Assembly (NCBI GenBank): GCA_012026655.1
Contig: JAAILG010000113.1
Location: 62,001 to 126,000, forward strand
Reading direction: 5' to 3'
DNA: 64,000 nucleotides
Source of the DNA: Hydrolagus affinis
Taxonomy: Eukaryota
In this document: positions 52,201 through 64,000 of the stretch, piece after piece
Numbering within the stretch: the first letter of the stretch is position 1
How the letters are laid out: every line of letters starts with the position of its first letter
Notes under the pieces: generated by a model
Database searches by the model: none
What the model was told of the DNA's origin: nothing
The model's input: only the letters and a program-made list of their open reading frames with translations
Position numbers and translations under genes: made by a program

Positions 52201-53176
52201 TGCTTACTTGCCTTGGGTTACACTGACACTCTCCAGTTCATTATAACTGAGCCACCTTCACAAAATACCATCATTCATCGCAGAACACACTCACTCAAAG
52301 AGTCAGGAGGAAAATATGGATTCAACAGGTCATTTGGGCTATTTGATCTCATTATTATTAAACATATCAGATCTTTACCTTGTTGCCTTTGGATATTAAA
52401 CGCTGGTGCAAAGAAATCTGCAGGTCCCTGAATGTAACAAGTAACAGGCAGCCGTGGCACCGTCTCCCCCACTGTAGCTGTTTCACACAGAGCACAATAT
52501 ATTCCCAATACCTTGTCGGAATTCTTTCTCTTCAGAAGCAGCAGTACAATTGCCTGATAAAGTTTGGCAAACAAGTAAGTGAGTTGTTAGAAGGAAGGGG
52601 CAATGTTTGGAATCAGCTCCATAAACAAGCAGCAATGCTGGACTCGGTGGTGCTGTGCTGCGCAGTTCACCAAGAGCGCTGTATCGAAAGGCTGCGGATT
52701 TTACTGCCTGATAGATGAAATAAAGGTCAATGGGACAGCATGAATGATGAGTGACAGAATGAATGGAAAATGAGAGGAGGAATACAGCCAATTGATAGGG
52801 AATTAATGGCTGCAGCAGAACAGTCAGTCTACAGTGACATCTCTCACTCTGTAAGCAAATAGGCACAGGTGAGAATTCTGAATTGGAGTCCAGATTTAGT
52901 TCATTCATAATAGGCTTGAACAGTGTTTTTTTAAAGGTGTGACTGCAGAGTAAGATGTTCCATTTCAAGCAGACATGATGTTTTACTGAGATGCTCTTAG
53001 CAAGTTAGTTGCCAAAGACCCAGGGTACTCGGGCTTGGGTTGAAGGAGGACAAGGTGTGGGGAGAGGAGGGATACTAACTCAGAATACATTGACAAGAAT
53101 TTTTTGCAAAATAAAAACTGTCAAACAAATTAAAGGAAAAGGAAAAAGCATAAGCAAGGAAGAAAGTGAGATGTGG

Positions 53177-53694
53177 TTACTATGCCAACGCCCTGCTTGT
53201 CAGCCTCCCCAAGTCCTCCCTCCACAGGCTGCTGATCATCAAGAACTCTGCATGCCGTGTCCTCTCACCCCCATCCTCGCCCGACTCCACTTGCTTCCCG
53301 TCACACAGAGAATTCAATCCAAGAGCCTGTTCCTCACCTTCAAAGCCCTCCATGGCCTTGCCCCAATCTCTACCTCTATGACCTCGTAACCCACTACCAA
53401 CCTATCCATTCCACATCCCCAGCTTCACTATCGGCGGGCGAGCCTTCTGCCACTCTGCCCTCAATCTTTGGAATTCCAACCCGCAATCCGTCCACTTCGC
53501 CCCCTAGCCTCCTTCAAGTCCCGCCTCAAGACCCACCTCTTTGACCATACCAACGGTCAACCCCCCTTTTCCTCCACCCCTCCGTCTCCCCGATCTCAAT
53601 CCCAGGTTGGGTCTGAAATCCTGACTGTCCAGCGCCTTGGGACATCCTCTAGACATGAAAGGCACTATACTGTATAAATGTAATTTTGTTGTTG
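53177..53694 (+). mobile_element. L2 LINE 3' fragment
   Basis: YYANALLVSLP..ILARLHLLP..LTFKALHGLAP..SFKSRLKTHLF; L2 tail. Confidence 0.88.
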
Positions 53695-54441
53695 AGGAAT
53701 ACCAAAATTCCTCCTAGTTTCAGCCTGTAAGATCTTATGTCTTAAGTTAAGACTTCACACGATTGTTGAAAATCTTAAACTTATTAGAATAATAACAATC
53801 CTTGCAGTTGATATAGCTCCTTATCACAACATTGATGCATCTCGAAGTGCTTCACCGAATATACTCCAAAGTGAATTGACTGTATATTTTGTGGGTGGAA
53901 TGCGCATTCTTAATTGAGAAGCCGGCTTTCAGCTGTACTCACAAACAAGCAGCTTCCAAATTAAGACTGAATTTAAGAATTTTCCACAATTCTGTGTCTT
54001 GTCAGATTTTAAGACAAGGAATAGAAGGGATTCCAGCATTCCTAGTTGTTTGAAAGGCAACTGCAAGGTCAGAATACAATGACCTACTGAGTAGGAGGCT
54101 AGTTTGTGATTAGTATTTATATAAAGAACAGATCAGGGAGCATTTAAACAACTAAATATCCCGATCCTTTTTCAAAGTGTCCACAATTCAATAATTTCAT
54201 TAAAATGCAAGATTCAATAAAAATCAAATATTAAAATATCAATATCTAATGTCACATACAAGATAATGTTATGCCTGTGGCCACAATATCTTTAAAATGT
54301 TAGAGTCCCTTAAATCTGATTTTTTTAAATTGTGAAATCGTGATTCATTGAAAGATGTGGATTATTCATGGGCACCAGTTTCTCAGTTGAAGGTGAAGTA
54401 TTTTATCAGCATTCCCTAACAAATGGATTTTTTTTCCACAG

Positions 54442-54536
54442 GACTTTTTTATGGAGACCTTCCTCCTATTCATGGACCTGATTGGGAAGAATGTCTATCC
54501 TGGTGACTGGATGGCCATTAGTATGGTGCAGAACAG
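54442..54536 (+). CDS. DOCK2: DOCK2 internal exon, 95 nt: [31 protein letters not shown](R)
   Basis: Acceptor ttttttccacAG, donor GTAGGA, phase 0/2. In frame with the flanking exons; [13 protein letters not shown] is the DOCK-A motif. Confidence 0.93.
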
Positions 54537-55125
54537 GTAGGAGACCTGGGCTATGTTGATCTGAAAGACTCCACCTGGATCTAGATTAATCTACACTGAA
54601 CCAGTATTTCAGAGAGAGTGGAAATTGGCAGATTATTGAATTCAGTTGAAGCTCATATCTTAAAAAGAACTTACAAAAACACAACATTAAAATTAAATAC
54701 TTAAAAAATTTGTGAGGCTCTGAAATAGAATCAGTGTCATGGAACTCCACCCCTTGAGGTTCTGAGCATGAATTAGGCTTCAAGGCTCCATCTAGCTCAA
54801 AATGAGTTCTTCTCTCCATGTCTCCATAGAGATCATTATGTGGGATCGGGCCAAAACTAAAGCATAACAGTGGGAGGAGACAAAACATGTATATATAAAA
54901 CAAAATTCTTTCTACAAATATTGCTGTAAATATGATGTTGTCTGTTAGACACATGTGACCATTACATTAGCACAGGAAGGACATTGGAATAGATTTATAC
55001 TCACCTGATAGAGAGGAGGAGGGGAGCATATGTGGAGTATAGGATCAGGATGTATACCTGGACCATCGTAACAATAAGGTATAGTGGGACATCCATCCCA
55101 TCATACACACATAATGAAGAATTTA

Positions 55126-55300
55126 TAATAATAATAATCCTTGCATTTGATATAGCCCCTTATTACTTCTTTAAGATATCTCAAAGTGCTTCACAGAATA
55201 TTTTGTAAAGTGAATTGACTGTATATTTTATGGGCAGTTAATTGCACACAGCAGTGTCCCACAAATAGTTGTGGATTTAGTGCCCAAATTGTTTTTTGGG
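55126..55300 (-). mobile_element. 5'-truncated SINE (similar partial copies near 16860-17070, 32450-32575, 42030-42160, 47345-47490, 53790-53905, 60840-61110, 61590-61712)
   Basis: Reverse complement of the SINE tail and body; the same motif recurs at the listed positions. Confidence 0.8.
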
Positions 55301-56329
55301 GCACAGACTATTATCCCAGGAAAAGTGATCTGCCAGTTGACTAACAACCGGGTTCCTACTTAATCCTAGGATTTAGTGGCCTCATACTTATCGTCTGGAT
55401 TTTACTATGTACAGCTTCAGCCAACAACACATACTGAACTCATCAATAAATTCAATGCCATCACCTTGAGGCCAATAAACCCAAGAGCCAGCAATTCTGA
55501 GTTGATCAGTAATCAAGCACTTTCTAAGGTTAAATCCTACCTATCAGTTTACCCCCAAATGAAATGCACTTAAAATGATAGAGCTGAAACCAATGGAGCC
55601 ATAAAATGAATAATGCAAAGATTCTATACAGCTACTTTCAAGGAAAGCACCAAGTCGCCAATATCAATTAATTAAAGCTAATTGGCTCTCAATCCATCTT
55701 GATCACCTCAGATTAAAGGAGTGAGACACTGTGAAAGTAAATGCACATAAGAAAAACAATGAAACAGTCGCACTGCATATTTAACCTCTTCACTACACCA
55801 CAGCAGCCTCCTCATTCACAGACACACATTTTAACCTTCTAGAACAGATATGCACCTTGATTACCTGCTGTAACAGAGAACCTCATCACCCCTGCCTCTG
55901 CCATAATCAAATTTCCAATGTATATTTCCAAAGTGATTGATTGCAAATGCCAGAAGTGAGACACACTTAGCTACACCTTTCCTTTTGTGGCAACACGAGA
56001 CTCCTTATTAAAAATGAGCCATTTGATACCATCTGGTTCTGTGCCAGTCATTTTCTCAGCACTTAATGTACACAATTAGAGTGGGCCTTTTATTTTATTT
56101 GCATTTGTGCAACGATTTTTCCATCTTTTCAATTATCAGAATGACAAATAATCTGGGTACATTCGTGTGGATGTAAGTCACGTTGAATGGTTACAATTCA
56201 GAACTCAAAAGGTGTATCAGAATTTCACTTATAATAAGGCATATCAGCAATTCACTTAAACATGAACTTTGAATTCACATAAACTTGAATCATGTAAGGA
56301 AACTGAGATCCCTACTCTCAAAGACTCAT

Positions 56330-56690
56330 AACAACAACAAAATCAACAACAATAAAATTACATTTATAGAGCGTCTTTCATGTCGGGAGAACCGTCTCAA
56401 GGTGCTGAACAGTCAGATCAGGATCTGAGCAAGGGTGAGGGGCAGGTTAGGGGGAGGGAGAGAGAGAGTTAGGAGGGGAGGGAGAGAGTTGGGAGGGCAA
56501 TAGAAGGCACAATCGAAGAGAAGAGTTTTGAGACCGATCTTGAAAGAGGCAAGGAAGGAAGCGAGGCAAAGGGACTGGGATGAAGTTCCAGAGTGTGGGC
56601 GCAGAGAGAGCTACCGATGGTAGGGTGGGTCGGGCGGGGAACATGGAGTAGACTGGAGTCAGCTGAACAGAGGGGGCTGGGCAGGTTCAT
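56330..56690 (-). mobile_element. L2 LINE 3' end
   Basis: caacaacaataaaattacatttatagagcg tail and G-rich reverse complement of the L2 3' region. Confidence 0.82.
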
Positions 56691-56889
56691 AGGGCAGTTT
56701 CATATAAAGTCAAATCAGGATGTCCATTTGCTTCAGTTAGTAGCATACACATTTCTGAGTCAGAAGATTATAGCTTCAAGCCAGTATAGGCTGACACTGC
56801 AATAGCATTGCTGTGATCTTGAAACTACTGTACTTCAAAAAAGATGGTTAAACGGAGGTCCTATCTGCCAGTTCAGGTGGTGTCCTCTT

Positions 56890-57463
56890 GATGTCCATGC
56901 CTTCGTCACCTCACGGCTGCAGTATTCAAATGCCCTCCTCGCCGGTCTCCCCTCCCCTTCATCAAATCCAACTCATCCAAAACTCTGCCGCCTGCATACT
57001 CACCTGCATCAAACTTTGCTCCCTTATTACCCCAGTCCTTGCCAGCCTTCACTGGCTCCCTATCCAAGAGAGGATCGACTTCAAGATCCTCTCCCTTGTC
57101 TTCAAATCCCTCCACTCATCTGCACCCCCTTACCTCTCTGACCTGCTCTCTCCTGAAACCTGTTGCCTTCGTTCCACTGGGTCTGGCCTCGTCCATGTCC
57201 CCCAAATCCTCCGCTCCACCCACGGCGGCCGTGCCTTCAGCCACTATGCCCTGAGGCTCTGGAATTCCCTTCCTCACTCCCTTCACCTCGCCCCCTCTTT
57301 TCTCAGCTTCAGGTCCCAGTGAAGACCTTTCTCTTCGACCGCGCCTTTGGTCACCTTTCTACCCCTACCCCTGACTCAGTCCCAGGATCCGCTATTGTGA
57401 AGCACTCTGAGAAGCTGTCTGGCGTGGATGGCGCTATATAAATCGAAGTTGTTGTTGTTGTTG
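56890..57463 (+). mobile_element. L2 LINE 3' fragment (second subfamily)
   Basis: QLIQNSAACILT..ITPVLASLHWLPIQERIDFKIL..GGRAFSHYALRLWNSLP; tail gcgctatataaatcgaagttgttgttg. Confidence 0.9.
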
Positions 57464-58064
57464 ATGTGAAAGGCATGCTATAAATGTAAATTGGTTATTA
57501 TTTGAAGATTTGCTTTGTTATTGTTGTCGTTATTTGCTTTTGGTAGGACATTGATGGGTGCAAATTGAATGCCGTACTATTTATAAGGTACACAATCACT
57601 CCACATTGCAGTACTTTATAGGCCAAACATTCTGAGTTCACCATTCTATAATTCTATGAATATCTACATGACTATCTTCTAATTGCAGCAGTGAAGCCGT
57701 TTCATAAATATGTCCAACACCCTGGCTTTGATTATCATTCCTAGTCACATATTCCAGCTGTTTCAGCCATTTCTTCAGTACAAAGAAAAGCTTCCTTCTG
57801 CCTGTTTAACCTTGCCTTTTACATCCCTGGGTTTACTTTCTGTATCCCGTGTATTTCCTGATCTGGGAATGCCTGATGTTGAAGATGAGTGCCTGAAATG
57901 GGAAAGTACATATACAATCTCTCACTTTAATGAGCAGGCTACACAGCAAGTCTAACTTCCTAAAACAAATGCAAAATACTGCAGATGCTGGAAATCTGAA
58001 ACAAAAACAGAAGTCACTGAGAACACTCAGCAGGTCAGGCAGCATCTATGGAGAAAAGAAAAGT

Positions 58065-58102
58065 GAGTCAACGTTTCGGGTCCACGACTCTTCGTCAGCA
58101 CT
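58065..58102 (-). ncRNA. Minimal type I hammerhead ribozyme-like motif (antisense partner)
   Basis: Reverse complement reads AGUG-CUGACGA-A-GAGUC(GUG)GACCC-GAAA-CG-UU-GACUC. Core and ACGU palindrome intact; one mismatch each in stems I and II. Confidence 0.55.
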
Positions 58103-58104
58103 GA

Positions 58105-58141
58105 AGTTCTGACGAAGGGTCGTGGACCTGAAACATTGACT
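58105..58141 (+). ncRNA. Minimal type I hammerhead ribozyme-like motif
   Basis: AGUU-CUGACGA-A-GGGUC(GUG)GACCU-GAAA-CA-UU-GACU: both core boxes, stem II, and stem I AGUU/GACU. The ACGU palindrome has mutated to ACAU. Confidence 0.6.
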
Positions 58142-58181
58142 CACTTTTCTTTTCCCCAAATCTAACTTCCTAACTTGGCTG

Positions 58182-58234
58182 CACACACACACACACACAC
58201 AGACACACACACATACACACACACACTTACACAC
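58182..58234 (+). repeat. (CA)n microsatellite
   Basis: Imperfect CA run. Confidence 0.9.
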
Positions 58235-61200
58235 AAAACTAATAGAGGAACTCGTACAAGGAACCTTGTGAGGACAGGATCAAACTCAGCTGTGGTGTCC
58301 CTTTCAGTCGACCAATATGATAACACTCCCCTGAATTCTAATGCATCAATGTTCACTTGAGTCTGGAACTGTATCCCAGAGAAGGAAAAATTAATCAAAA
58401 CATATTCAGGAGAAGAAGAGGAGGCAAGAGAATTGGAATAGAAAGGAAGGCAATGTTTCACTGAACAAATCTCCAATTCAAAATATTTAATGTTAATCCA
58501 ATGTAGTTTTAGCCATGGTTTCTCTGCGATTCTTGTCCAATTGAAGTGTTAACATTCACTTGGTATGCAGAATCAAGCACCCCATTTGGCAACAACATAC
58601 TTGTTATATGCACCAAGATTGAAAAGACGTTGAATTTTTAGAGCACCTTTTCAGGTCAGAAAGTCTCAAAGCAGTTCATTGTAATTAATGCCAAGTGCTA
58701 TGCGTATTGGCAGAAGTTAAAACCTGGTGTAGACTTACTTTAATTTATGTAGCATTTTAGATCATACAGATTTTGATACATAGTTCAAATAAGTCTAAAT
58801 ATTAAAGACAGTTTTCTTTGTTCTTGGACGTTCTTACAAAAAAAAATTGGCTTCAAACTTGAAGCTTTAAAAATTTGCCAAATTTTGGCTCTACTAAAAT
58901 GATACATGAATAGACAATCAACAACAACACACAAACAAACAAAATTACATTTATAGAGCTCCTTTCACGTCGGGAAGACATCCCAAGGCGCTCATCAAGA
59001 TCACGGTGGAAATCTTTTTTTTTAGCAATCGTGGAAGCCATTTGCACTACATCCAGTGAATGACCAATTAATATAGAATATCATTGTCCAGGACAACAGG
59101 TGAAACTCCCTTCTCTTTTCCAAAAGTGTCACAATACTTTAAAGTAAACCTAAAGACGCGAACTTAGCTTCAATATCTTGTTTGATGAACAGCACGTCTT
59201 CCATTCTTGATTAAAGACAAGTCCTAGACAAACCAATGGTATTCCCATTGAAATGTACCCCTATGCATCAGTGCATTTGAGAGAAAAGGGCAAGGGAATA
59301 AACAACAACAAGAGCTTGTGTTTGTATAGCGCCCTTCACGCCAGACATCTTGGTACTAAAGAATGATAACTGATGTACGATGAAATGCATTCTGAGCAAC
59401 TCCCAAGGACTTTGAGTGCTTTGATAGTTAAGTTCCTAATCACAAACTCAGGAAGTGTAATGAAAACACTTTCTCATGTCCGATATAGCTGATGTTGCTA
59501 AATCCCAGCATTGCACTTTATCTCCAGACGAATGCATGCTTTTATTGGGCAGTAAATTCAAGACATCATTAACATTACACTGGCAAGGTCTGTCATTAGG
59601 AACTGAGCAAATGGAACACAAGTAAAGAAGACATTACCAGGATGGGCATTGCAAACTGGTTATATCCCTTAAAGCAATGGTCGGTAGGGAGGAGAAAGAT
59701 GATCGAAAGCCGTCAAAGAGATATGTTTTGAGACGTGCCTTGAATGAGGGGAGGGTGTGAATGGCTCCCTCTGTCTTAATAATATTCCTTGCATTTGATA
59801 TATTGTCATAAAAGATAAAGGAAGTGGCATAGATGGTCGAATTGACTGATGTAATATTGTGGTCCTAAGAAAGCATGGAATGAGGAACAGCTTGGTGCTG
59901 TAATGGGAAACTGGTAAGGTGGGTATTCTAGAAGGATGAGATCAAATTGGCTGAATGATTTTCCAGTTTACACCCATTTGATTTCTTATCATTGTTTGGA
60001 AATTAATGACTGCGCAGGCACATATTTTGAAGTTGTGAGATAGAATAGTGCTGCTTTTCTCTGAAGAAGGGAAGAGTTAAAGAGTTCAGCTTTGAGAATA
60101 GAGTATGCGACACATGTTCAAATCACTTGCACTGAAGTAATTACCTCCATTGTAATCCTATCATTTGTGCTCAGGATCCCATAGAGTAGACAGATCCTCG
60201 AAAGGTTTTCATTGGAATAGCTTCAACACCTCACACAGTGAGGATGATTTCATTTAAAAAAAACTTCACACTACCAGTTAATTTAAATGTTGAACATCAC
60301 CATAGGAACCGACAATCCAGGATGACAGATCTAGATAATGAAACTAACAAGCTTCAACCCAGCCAAACCCATTCTCTCTATAATCCGTTCTTATCTATGC
60401 AGCCTATAAAGGGGTGGGAGGGGGGTGGGAATCACTGGATCGCCATCAGTTCAAATTCTTGATTTTTGTCCTTCATCCATTTGGTGATGAGGCCAATTGC
60501 AGCACCTCACTAGCTCACCGAATGAACAGTTTACACTAATAACAATAGGCAACCAATATTAATAATCCTTGCATTTTGATATAGTGCTTTTCGCGTCTTC
60601 CAGGTGTCTCATTGGGACCCTTCATTGCTTTAATATTGGGACCCTCCTGGTATGTGCAGCCCCCCTTCACACTGGACGGAGGGAGAGGAGTGGGGTGGGC
60701 GCATGCGGTTAACAACTGACCCATACAGGAAAAGCAGCTGATTAGCATCTATGATTTTTTTTGATGTGTCAAGGATTCCATCCAGTCATTTCTGGATGCA
60801 AACTGCTTAGGCAGCTGTAGCTCATGGTGCATTTTACACTGTAATAATAATTCTTACATTTGATATAGTGTGTTATCACGCTGGAATGTTTCAAAGCGCT
60901 TCACAGGTTATACTGTAAAGTGGATTGACTGTGGATTTTGTGGACAAAATGTGGCTGTCAATTGCAAACAGTCGTGGATTGAGTAACCAAATTATTACTA
61001 TTGTTTATTTTTGAAGGGATTATTACCCCCGGAAAGCGATCCATCAATCCACTAACAACCAGGTTCCGACCTACTGCTAGGTAGAGGCGTATGGAGTAAG
61101 AAAGCATATCTAAAGTTTCGCCTCTATGAAGCGCTTTGGGTTGTCCTTCCAATAAAGCATCCACGATACCAAATGCAAGGATTATTCTTTAATATTGCAA

Positions 61201-61784
61201 CAGGAGCTATAATCTTGTATACAGTACTTGATACAGACACTGTAGTAAGGCACTATACAAATGAAATTTGTTATTTTAGTCACAGGAACTAACTACTGAA
61301 CTGAATGGATAGTGTCAATTTGCCTGAAGCCTCTCAAAGCTGCTCTACCCGTCTTCTATTTTAGTTACAATACCAAAATCTGTCTCCCTCCCCCAAAGCA
61401 TAAATCTCAAAGCATAATGTAGCTATTTACAGTTGTTATTGAGTTTATCATTTTTTATGAATGAGGGTTCAATGGTTATTGCTCGAAATGTAAAGTACTG
61501 AACAGATGATTTTGAAAACTCCATTTGGAAGCTGATTTTCCTTGTTGTTGTTTCAGATAAAGTATACATCAAACTAACATATCCACGGGTTAGCTGTGCT
61601 GCTGCATTTTGTCCACAAAATATACAGTATTCACTTTACAGTATATTCTGTGAAGTACTTTGAGAAGTCTCGAAGACTTGATCAGTTGCTATAGCAAATG
61701 CAAGGCTTATTACATGTACTGTACTATTATGTGAACATACATTTTAATGTACATAAATGAATAACCTGCTTCTTTTTCCCCCAG

Positions 61785-61863
61785 AGTGTTTCTCAGAGCC
61801 ATCAACAAGTTTGCAACAACCATGAACCAGAAATTCCTGGAAAACATGAATTTTGAGCATCAG
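61785..61863 (+). CDS. DOCK2: DOCK2 internal exon, 79 nt: (R)[26 protein letters not shown]
   Basis: Acceptor tctttttcccccAG, donor GTAAAC, phase 2/0. [14 protein letters not shown] resembles DOCK2 rather than DOCK1 (AINQYADMLNKKFL). Confidence 0.94.
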
Positions 61864-62942
61864 GTAAACCACTATGGTAGATGCTGGATAAATAATCCAG
61901 TAGACTGTAGACTGACATCACTGAACAATAACCTTGACTTCTCATCTGATTGGGGTTTTATGATAGGAGACGGAGTGCTTTGTTTTGGTCGGCTGGGTGT
62001 CTGATACATGCAGAGCCTATCAAAGTATCCAAACCAGACTGAGGAAACTAAAGAACCAAGAACATTGAAGATTGCTCTGTTGGTTCTTCATGTGAAAATG
62101 AGATAAAGGAGTTAGGGGAATGTGGAACACAGAGGCTTGCGATCCCTCAGGTGTTCAAACAGGAGACGGAATTGGAAAGGCTATCCAGGAATTATACAGG
62201 TGGTCTAAATTAACTCCCAAATGGCCAAATTTCTTGGGAGAAACAAAACACTGAATGGCAGCAAACTACTGTATACAGTATTTGACAGTGAGCAGCACTG
62301 CTCCCAAGACTGGTGCTGAAATCATTTGATATCCACACAAGCACAACTGAATGCTTTTTTTAGTGCTGTGCAAATGTAATTTTGATGTTGTTGTACATCA
62401 GATAGTCCCTTAATCCCTCAACCCACCAGACACCATGTAACGCCATGTAATGTATTATGCACTGATGCCACATAGAGCTGTACTACATACCCAATTGCTT
62501 ACAAAGCTGTTAAGCATAACCCATGAAAACCCAATGACTTGCTCTGGACAAGCAGTGCCGAATCTCATCTAAAGAGGAGTCAATAGGAATCTAGAAAATG
62601 CAATTATTAAGTACATTGCAAGGTTAGAGTCAATATTGGTGTGAACATCTTTTTATAGAATGTACTGAATAAATGAAATGTCGTACTGTGAAGATGATCC
62701 ATTTCAATCACATGATTAACTTTAAAATATATGGGCATATTATGAGTTTGTGTCAAAGTATGGGAATGAGGGAGTAAGTGACCAATGTTCTTCATTGTAA
62801 AACTAACAATCAATAAAACACATAATTTACACCACTCTCCCAACTGACCCCTTGGGTTCACACAAGCCAAATAATAGCTCCTAATAAAGTGTACTGGTAC
62901 AAAACGGGTGCATAATCTCAATAAGTCTTTTTATGTGTGCAG

Positions 62943-63043
62943 CTGTGGAATAATTACTTCCATCTGGCGGTGGCCTTCATAACCCAAGATTCCCTGCAGC
63001 TGGAACATTTCTCGCAAGCAAAGTGCACCAAGATCCTGAACAA
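62943..63043 (+). CDS. DOCK2: DOCK2 internal exon, 101 nt: [33 protein letters not shown](K)
   Basis: Acceptor tgtgtgcAG, donor GTAAGT, phase 0/2. Carries the highly conserved [12 protein letters not shown] motif. Confidence 0.95.
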
Positions 63044-63807
63044 GTAAGTTGTTGCTTATTGCACAGCTTGTGAAGAATGTTAACCATTGGAATATCAGAT
63101 GGTCAAACCTCACAGAGTGGGTATCTCATCAGAAGGTGCAGGTTTGAATCTCAGCCAGTCATTCATGTTCATGTGTCTTCCATTGGTTGAGCTTTTATTT
63201 GGGGGAAGGTGAAAGGGGAGGGAAAGGGTAGGGAGGAAATATCAAGTAATACAAAGAAGAACCTAACTAAACAGTTTGTTTTTTTAAAAAAAACTCCATG
63301 TCATAATAATGGGTTAAAACTTGCTCAGTGTATCCTGTGGTAACTGAATTTCACGTTGACCCACTATAATGCTGGATGCCTATCTCCAATTCCGCTTAAA
63401 TAAAGCTAGATCATTGCTGTTTGTGTCTGCCAGGAGCTTAAGTGGAATTTCAGAGGATCAGTCTGAGACACAGTCAGACAGCTGGAAGTTTTGATATTTA
63501 CAAATCAATTTGTAAATCTTGCAAGTTATTCCCAAGGATCCTATTTGCATGGCTCCTGGGAGATTCACTAACATTTTGCTGAGAGCTACAATCTCTTTGT
63601 CTCTCATATTGGGTGGCTGTAAATCATTCTACAGACCCTTGGGAGAGTTTGGAGTGTCAGAGACAGGCACAAAGTCTGAGGTGCATTAGGTGTGTGTACC
63701 GAAGTTGTAATACAGTAAAAATGGATTGCAGTGGAAGGAATATTTTATTCCAAAAATAGATTGAAATGCTTATATATGTAAAACTAAATGAAAACTTTTT
63801 TTTTCAG

Positions 63808-63866
63808 ATATGGTGACATGAGATGTCTTATTGGATTTGCCATTCGTGACATGTGGTATAAGTTGG
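63808..63866 (+). CDS. DOCK2: DOCK2 internal exon, 59 nt: (K)[19 protein letters not shown](G)
   Basis: Acceptor tttttttttcAG, donor GTATGT, phase 2/1. [17 protein letters not shown] motif. Confidence 0.94.
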
Positions 63867-64000
63867 GTATGTGTAATTTGTTGTTGTTGTGTGTCAATTG
63901 TGATCATTTCATTAAATGAGGTGACTTTCCACATTTAGATTGGCGCAGTTAGTTGAATCCTGGATTGTGGATCTTTGGGGTCTCATTGGAGCTGAACTGA

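Larger units (their letters stand above)
57964..58160. mobile_element. Short palindromic element, probably derived from a Penelope-like element, with 13-bp TSD
   Basis: Flanked by TCTAACTTCCTAA at 57951-57963 and 58161-58173. Inverted arms surround ~58099-58108. Second copy at 10446-10686. Confidence 0.75.

Overview
Eukaryotic, repeat-rich vertebrate DNA. The repeat content (young CR1 and L2 LINEs, tRNA-derived and Deu-domain SINEs) suggests a cartilaginous fish, possibly a holocephalan; this is an inference. The + strand carries five consecutive internal coding exons of DOCK2 (48367-63866), so positions 1-48366 are most likely the 3' part of one large DOCK2 intron. That intron hosts the antisense nested gene INSYN2B (FAM196B): its large coding exon lies at 9306-7985 on the - strand, preceded by a predicted ~0.9 kb uATG-rich 5' leader. 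Most other ORFs in the track are spurious or LINE remnants. Most notable non-genic signal: a short palindromic element in two copies (10446-10686 and 57964-58160, the latter with a 13-bp target-site duplication). Its centre holds back-to-back minimal type I hammerhead ribozyme motifs of the kind known from Penelope-like elements. Also seen: a young TA-flanked Tigger/pogo-like MITE, a pre-miRNA-sized hairpin made of two inverted L2 tails, and a 21-nt locally templated insertion. Repeat boundaries are approximate (read by eye), and homology calls come from recalled sequences, not searches.
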